Both the position numbers and the translations under genes were made by a program. DNA of 40,535 nucleotides from an uncultured Candidatus Sumerlaeota bacterium (GTDB lineage: Bacteria > Sumerlaeota > Sumerlaeia > SLMS01): positions 5,528-46,062 of the forward strand of contig CAYQTO010000005.1 in NCBI GenBank assembly GCA_964420455.1, in the 5' to 3' direction. The notes under the pieces were generated by a model. That model was not told where the DNA came from, did no database searches, and saw only the letters and a list, made by a program, of their open reading frames with translations. Position 1 is the stretch's first letter, and each line of letters starts with the position of its first letter. Below, in pieces: positions 35,490 to 40,535 of this stretch.

Positions 35490-36664
35490 GGCGTGGGGGG
35501 CTCCGGCTGCTCGCCGTTGGGGGCGGCGTCGGGGGTGGGCTCCTGCTGCTGGGTGGCGGCTTCGGGCTCGGCGGCCTGCTGGCGAATCTGCTCGATGGCG
35601 GCGAGGTATTGGTCGGCGCGCTGGGAGATGGCGGACTCGGGATTCTCGGCCTTCATCTGTTGGAAGTGGGCGATGGCCTCGTCGAAGCGGCCGGCGCGGA
35701 CGTAGAGGTCGCCGATGGCGGTCTGGTCCTGGATGGCGCCGCGGGTCATGGGCTGCTCGCCCATGGCGCGGCGGCGGTAGTCGACGGCCTTGTCCACTTC
35801 GCCAAAGGCGGTGTGGTAGGTGGCGAGGGTGCGGAGAATGTCGACGCGGGCGGGGATCTCGAGTTCTTCCTCGAGGAGCGTCTCGAGGGTCATGACGCCC
35901 TGCTGGAAGAGTTCCACGGCCTCCTCCTCGCGCTCGGCCTGGCGGAGGTTGAGGGCCTTTCCGATGAGCACCTCGGCGACGATGCGGTCCTCGCCTTCCG
36001 GTTCGGTGCCGAGATAGAGATCGTAGACGTCGTTGCTGGCAAGGAAGTCGCCCTCGCGGCGGTGGTAAAGGGCGAGGAGTTCGCGGGCTTCGTGGCGGAC
36101 GGCGGTCTCGCCGTTGACGATAATATCCTGCATGGCGGCGATGGCCTCGTCGCGTTCGGCCTCGTCGTCGGAGTCGGGGCGGAGGTTGATGGTGGCGCGG
36201 GCGACGCGGAAGCGCTCGTGGAGGTCGGGATTTCCCTGGGTGCGGGCAACCATCTCGTCGGCGAAGGCCTTGGCCTCGTCCACTTTGCCGAGCTCGAGAT
36301 TGACGCCGATGGCGGCCTCGGCGGCGCGGACGACGGGGCTGCCCATTTGGGCGCCTTCGAAGCCTACCTGGTCGACGACGGCCTCGAACTGGGCGACGGC
36401 GTTCTCGAGGTTTTCCTGGCGGCCGAGGTTGAGATAGACGCTGGCGAGGGTGAGGCGCACGTCGGGGATGATGGCGCTGTCGGGCTCCTGGTTGATCAGT
36501 TCGCGCATCTTGAGGATGGCGAGAGCGAGCTGGCGCTCCTCGATGAGCTGCTGGGCCTCCTGGAAGCGTTCCTCGGGGGTGGAGGGGCCGCAGCCAATGA
36601 GGAAGGTGCTGGCCACGAGGAGAAGGGAGGCGACGAGGCGGAGAAAGAGATGACGAAAACGCAT
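35486..36664 (-). CDS. TPR-repeat lipoprotein
   Basis: Lipobox FLIGC after a hydrophobic signal; multiple TPR helices (IGDLYVRAGRFDEAIAHFQQM..ENPES). Confidence 0.85.
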   Translation of the reverse strand: MRFRHLFLRLVASLLLVASTFLIGCGPSTPEERFQEAQQLIEERQLALAILKMRELINQEPDSAIIPDVRLTLASVYLNLGRQENLENAVAQFEAVVDQVGFEGAQMGSPVVRAAEAAIGVNLELGKVDEAKAFADEMVARTQGNPDLHERFRVARATINLRPDSDDEAERDEAIAAMQDIIVNGETAVRHEARELLALYHRREGDFLASNDVYDLYLGTEPEGEDRIVAEVLIGKALNLRQAEREEEAVELFQQGVMTLETLLEEELEIPARVDILRTLATYHTAFGEVDKAVDYRRRAMGEQPMTRGAIQDQTAIGDLYVRAGRFDEAIAHFQQMKAENPESAISQRADQYLAAIEQIRQQAAEPEAATQQQEPTPDAAPNGEQPEPPTP

Positions 36665-36849
36665 GGGGGCCTTTCGGTCGGGCGCCTGTTGGTTGGGGCG
36701 CGATGGAGCGCCCTTGCTTGCGGCGGCGGGGTGGACAGCGCAAGGAAAGATGGCCGGTTCCGGCTTGCCACGGGGCGGGGGTTTCCCTTGGTTGTGGCGC
36801 CCGGCGCGGCGGTGCGGGCGCCGGATTTCAACCAGACACGCGAGGCGAC

Positions 36850-37923
36850 ATGGAAATCGGGCTTCTGGGGCTGCCGGGGAGCGGCAAGACGACGGTGTTC
36901 AACGCCCTGACGGGCCAGTCGGCGGCGACGAGTCCATCGGGCAAGATCGAGGCAAACCAGGCGGTCGTCCCTGTTCCCGACCCCCGCGTTGACAAGCTGG
37001 CGGAGATCTTCAAGCCGAAGAAGAAGACCTACGCCACGATCAAATACGTGGACCTGGGCGGGGTGCAGGTAACGGAGGGGAGCGGCCTGCCGGCGCAGGC
37101 GCTGACACTGCTCGGCACGACGGACATGTTGCTGGTGGTGCTGCGGGGGTTCGATGGCGGCTACGGCACGCCGGACATCGCCAGCGACGCGGAGTCCATC
37201 GACCTGGAGATGACGGTGAGCGATCTGCAGAAGATCGAGAACCGGCTGGAGCGCATCGAGAAGCAGATCCGCCGGGCGACGGGCACGGAGAAGGAGCAGC
37301 TCGAACTGGAGAAGGCAGTGATCGAGCGGGTGAAGGACCCGGTGGAGGGAGGCCAGCCGCTCCGCGAGATGGACTTCACGGCGGAGGAACGGAAGGCGAT
37401 TCGAGGGTTTCAGTTCCTGTCGCTGAAGCCCGCGCTGTACCTGGTGAACACGGACAGCGTGGAGGCCGTGGGCGACGGGGGCACGACGGCGGCGCTCGCG
37501 GAACGGACGAGCCGACCGGGGACGGGGGTGGATGCGCTCGCGGGCGAGATCGAGCAGGAGATCGCCCAGCTGCCCGAGGACGAGCGCGAGGAATTCCTCG
37601 CCACCTATGGCATCGAGCGGCCCGGCAGCGCGCGCATCATCACGCGAAGTTACGACCTGCTGGGGCTGATGTCGTTCCTTACGGCGGGAGAGGACGAGGT
37701 GCGGGCATGGACGATCCTGCGGGGGGCCACCGCGCCCGAGGCCGCCGGTGCCATCCACACGGACTTCCAGAAGGGCTTCATCCGGGCTGAAGTGGCCGCC
37801 TTCGCCGACCTCGTGGAACGCGGCAGCATGAAGGGATGCCGCGAGCATGGGGAACTGCGCACCGAGGGGAAGGACTATGTGATGAAGGACGGCGACGTGG
37901 TGGAGTTTCTGTTCAACCGCTAG
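36850..37923 (+). CDS. ychF: Redox-regulated ATPase YchF (Obg family)
   Basis: ATG 36850; GLPGSGKTTVFNALT, VPVPDPRVD, FLTAGEDEVRAW, AAGAIHTDFQKGFIRAEV, EGKDYVMKDGDV. Confidence 0.95.
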   Translation: MEIGLLGLPGSGKTTVFNALTGQSAATSPSGKIEANQAVVPVPDPRVDKLAEIFKPKKKTYATIKYVDLGGVQVTEGSGLPAQALTLLGTTDMLLVVLRGFDGGYGTPDIASDAESIDLEMTVSDLQKIENRLERIEKQIRRATGTEKEQLELEKAVIERVKDPVEGGQPLREMDFTAEERKAIRGFQFLSLKPALYLVNTDSVEAVGDGGTTAALAERTSRPGTGVDALAGEIEQEIAQLPEDEREEFLATYGIERPGSARIITRSYDLLGLMSFLTAGEDEVRAWTILRGATAPEAAGAIHTDFQKGFIRAEVAAFADLVERGSMKGCREHGELRTEGKDYVMKDGDVVEFLFNR

Positions 37924-38395
37924 TGGTGATGTCCTCGAGGATGGGACGCATGCGGAGGGCGAGGTCGTACCACTGGTCGGAAGCCTCCTCGCCGAGGTGC
38001 TCCAGGAGGATCTGGAGCTTGGCCATGCAGTTGGCCTCGTGGCGCTCGACGCGGTGCCGGCTTTCGTCGGTAAGGCTGATAAGGATCTGGCGACGGTCGT
38101 CGGGGTCCTGAACGCGGGTGACGAGGTTCATCTCGACAAGGCGCTCGACCATTTCGGAAGCGGCGGGGCGCGAGATGCCAATGGCCTGGGCGAGGGACTT
38201 AAGGTGGCAGGGCTCGTGGAGCTGGAGGGCGAGGAGCACACGCAACTGGGCGAAGGTGGGTTCCTTGCCGAGGCCCTCCCAGATGCGGCCGGGACGGTCC
38301 CCCTGGAGGAGAAAGGTTCGCATCAACTGCATATGTCGATGTAGGAACCGGGTCTTTTCGATGTTGTCGCAATGGGGAGAAGCGATTTTTCGCAT
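37913..38395 (-). CDS. MarR family transcriptional regulator
   Basis: ATG 38395 with upstream GAGGTG; TFAQLRVL, LAQAIGISRPAASEMVERLVEMNLV.R..DPDDRR. Convergent 11-nt overlap with ychF. Confidence 0.88.
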   Translation of the reverse strand: MRKIASPHCDNIEKTRFLHRHMQLMRTFLLQGDRPGRIWEGLGKEPTFAQLRVLLALQLHEPCHLKSLAQAIGISRPAASEMVERLVEMNLVTRVQDPDDRRQILISLTDESRHRVERHEANCMAKLQILLEHLGEEASDQWYDLALRMRPILEDITTSG

Positions 38396-38580
38396 CTGGT
38401 CGTCACCTCGAGGAACGTAAGAATGTCGCGACAACCGCACGGCCCTGTACAGATAAATCTTCATCGGGCATGGGTTTTGGATACATTCGCGACGAATCGA
38501 TGAGTTGGTGATGGTTTTGACTTGCAAATAAATAAAGGCTTTGAGATGCCGACGTGTCGAGACCTGAAACGGAGCACGAG

Positions 38581-38955
38581 ATGGACGAATCCCTCCGGCT
38601 TTTGATCGCGGAAGACGATGCGGAGCTGCGGTTGCTGCTCCAGCGGACCCTGGCACGGGAAGGGTTCAATGTGGTGACGGTGGCCGACGGGGCAGAGGCA
38701 CTGGAGGAATTGGAGCGCCGCGAGTACCATCTGCTGATCTCCGACCTCCGGATGCCCCGGTGCGCTGGAGACACTCTTGTGGCTAAAGTGCGGGCCAGCC
38801 ATCCCGGCCTCAAGGTCATCGTCATGAGCGGTTACGCGGAGCTGGACGATTTTCTCCGAGTCATCGACGCTGGGGCGGTGGATTTCGTCGCCAAGCCCTT
38901 CAAGATTCCCGATCTGCTGGATGTGATCGACCGGGCGATGGACCTCGCCAGCTGA
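38581..38955 (+). CDS. Single-domain response regulator (receiver only)
   Basis: LIAEDD, phospho-Asp in LLISDLRMP, VIVMSG, FVAKPF; ATG 38581 with GGAG RBS. Confidence 0.92.
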   Translation: MDESLRLLIAEDDAELRLLLQRTLAREGFNVVTVADGAEALEELERREYHLLISDLRMPRCAGDTLVAKVRASHPGLKVIVMSGYAELDDFLRVIDAGAVDFVAKPFKIPDLLDVIDRAMDLAS

Positions 38956-39070
38956 CCGCGTCCCCGTTTGCCCGTTGCGGCCCACAACTTGCCTCGATTG
39001 AAACATACCCCAAGCCGAAGGGTTGGTGTGCTGCACCCAACCCCAAACCCACCACACGGGAGTGTGACTC

Positions 39071-39676
39071 ATGGCCTACAGCCTTCCCCCATTGCCCTAC
39101 GACTACGGCGCTCTGGAACCGCACATTGACGCCCGCACGATGGAAATCCACCACACCAAGCATCACAACACCTACATCACGAAGGTGAACGAGGCGATCG
39201 CCGGGACGGATCTGGAGTCGAAGTCCGTGGAGGACCTCGTGTCGGACCTGAACGCGGTGCCCGACAACATCCGGACGGCGGTGCGAAACAACGGCGGTGG
39301 CCACGCCAATCATTCGCTCTTCTGGACAGTGCTGTCGCCATCCGGCGGCGGCAACCCGACGGGCGAGATTGCCTCGGCGATCGAGGCGGAACTTGGCGGA
39401 TACGAAAAGTTCCAGGACGACTTCAGCAAGGCGGCGGCGGGCCGTTTCGGCAGCGGCTGGGCGTGGCTTTGCGTGCGCAACGGCAAGCTCGAAGTGGGAT
39501 CCACCCCGAACCAGGACAGCCCGCTGATGGAGGGCGCCACGCCGATCCTCGGGCTCGATGTCTGGGAGCACGCCTACTACCTCAATTACCAGAACCGCCG
39601 GCCGGACTACATCGCGGCGTTTTTCAATGTGATCAATTGGGACGAAGTGAACCGGCGCTACAGCGCGGCGAAGTAA
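39071..39676 (+). CDS. sodA: Superoxide dismutase, Fe/Mn family, Mn-type signature
   Basis: [40 protein letters not shown]. Confidence 0.96.
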   Translation: MAYSLPPLPYDYGALEPHIDARTMEIHHTKHHNTYITKVNEAIAGTDLESKSVEDLVSDLNAVPDNIRTAVRNNGGGHANHSLFWTVLSPSGGGNPTGEIASAIEAELGGYEKFQDDFSKAAAGRFGSGWAWLCVRNGKLEVGSTPNQDSPLMEGATPILGLDVWEHAYYLNYQNRRPDYIAAFFNVINWDEVNRRYSAAK

Positions 39677-39701
39677 GCCATCCCCAGCGGTTCGATGACC
39701 T

Positions 39702-39730
39702 CCGGCCCGCCCCGCGCGGGCCGGTTTTTT
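39702..39730 (+). terminator. Intrinsic terminator of sodA
   Basis: CCGGCCCGC-CCCGC-GCGGGCCGG followed by TTTTTT. Confidence 0.85.
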
Positions 39731-39752
39731 CTGCCCTGCCGGCGGAGGTGAC

Positions 39753-40535
39753 ATGGTCAGACCCGACTTTGTAACGGCCGAGCGACTCGCCCGGGAGGCG
39801 CTGCCAGAGACGTGGCCGCGGCTTGTCCGCGCGACGGATCGCGACGTCCAGCGGCGCCTTGCCGCCGTGCTGGGATTCGTCGAGGGAGTGCGCCTGGCAG
39901 TGGCGCGCGGGGCCGAGACCGGCGGCACCCGGCTTCAGAGCGATGTGTTGCGTCTGACCCAGGAGGTGCAGGGGCTGGGTCGTGAGGACGCGTCGGCGGT
40001 GCGTGCGGAGTTTTCGGCGCTCGACGGGATTCTCCGCGAGTCGCCGCTGCGGCAGGCGTGGCTGGTGGAGGTGATCGACGGGGCGGTGCTCGAGCGAGGG
40101 CGCCTGCGCTATCGCGACTGGGCTCAGTTTGCCCAATTTGCGCGGACGGGTTTCACGGTGCCGATGCTGATGGCGGCGAGCCTGGTGGCGTCAGGCGATG
40201 TGAACGAGGAGGCGCTGGGTGCCGCGGGGGAGGCCTTCGCCCGCACGTGGGCCCTCGGGTCCGTCGGCCGGGAACTCGACCGCGGGCGGGTGCTGTTTCC
40301 GGAAAGTTTCCTGGCCGAGTGCGAGGTAAGCCGGGAGGATCTCGCGGCGCGGACCGCGACAGCGTCGTTTCAGGGGATGGTGGCGTTGGTGGCGGCGTCG
40401 GTGCGCGAGAGGGCGACGCTGGCGGGCCCGGCAATCGAGGCCTTGGGCGATGCGGGGCTCCAGCGGGTCGCCGCGCAGCGCCTGCATGATGAAGTTGCTG
40501 ATGACGCGCCCGTCATTGGGGTGCATGCGCGGGCC
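39753..40535 (+). CDS. Squalene/phytoene synthase-like protein, degenerate and 3'-incomplete (absent from ORF track)
   Basis: GGAGGTG RBS, ATG 39753, open to the window end; LRYRDWAQF and ELDRGRVLFPESFLAECEVSREDL resemble CrtB/HpnC-D segments; no DDxxD seen. Confidence 0.6.
   Translation, partial: MVRPDFVTAERLAREALPETWPRLVRATDRDVQRRLAAVLGFVEGVRLAVARGAETGGTRLQSDVLRLTQEVQGLGREDASAVRAEFSALDGILRESPLRQAWLVEVIDGAVLERGRLRYRDWAQFAQFARTGFTVPMLMAASLVASGDVNEEALGAAGEAFARTWALGSVGRELDRGRVLFPESFLAECEVSREDLAARTATASFQGMVALVAASVRERATLAGPAIEALGDAGLQRVAAQRLHDEVADDAPVIGVHARA
40461..40535 (-). other. Internal fragment of a UDP-glucuronate decarboxylase (UXS-type SDR) gene
   Basis: Minus strand reads GPRMHPNDGRVISNFIMQALRGDPL, a conserved UXS segment; similarity stops abruptly at 40461. 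Confidence 0.8.

Noticed and set aside
99-40526. Many long overlapping ORFs (e.g. 8650..10671+, 26667..28907+, 30252..31904-, 34377..35705+)
   Set aside because: Antisense or alternate-frame shadows of well-supported genes; Arg/Pro/Gly-rich with no motifs, as expected in high-GC DNA.
1-40535. CRISPR arrays, IS elements, prophage, rRNA/tRNA, defence or retroelement genes
   Set aside because: No regularly spaced direct repeats, and no transposase, integrase, reverse transcriptase, nuclease or structural-RNA signatures were seen by eye.

Overview
High-GC bacterial chromosomal window with about 35 genes. No rRNA, tRNA, CRISPR array, transposase or integrase was recognised. The left third (1-13.6 kb) is a Wzy-dependent exopolysaccharide/capsule locus: five GT4 glycosyltransferases, a Wzy-like membrane protein, Wza, Wzc, an O-antigen-ligase-like protein and a TPR protein. 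The rest holds housekeeping, stress and unknown genes: metX, PhzF-like, FN3-GHL10 hydrolase, YpdA-like reductase, transglutaminase/SirB1-like, speA, SAM methyltransferase, FHA-sigma54 activator, DJ-1/YajL, a DUF1800/DUF1501 pair, prfA, GNAT, TPR lipoprotein, ychF, MarR, a stand-alone receiver, sodA and a degenerate phytoene/squalene synthase-like ORF. Three things the ORF track does not explain stand out. (1) A start-less 51-codon gene tail ending ...TTDVRDWNTFE* abuts the speA stop codon; it may be a C-terminal sorting motif, tentatively suggesting Candidatus Sumerlaeota/BRC1 (inference from memory). (2) A candidate plus-strand structured sRNA lies divergent from the sigma54 activator, with a sigma54-like box, a ~110-nt rod and a terminator. 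(3) An inverted UDP-glucuronate decarboxylase fragment is fused to the last 75 nt of the window, probably a chimera. All product calls come from motif recognition by eye; no database search was run.
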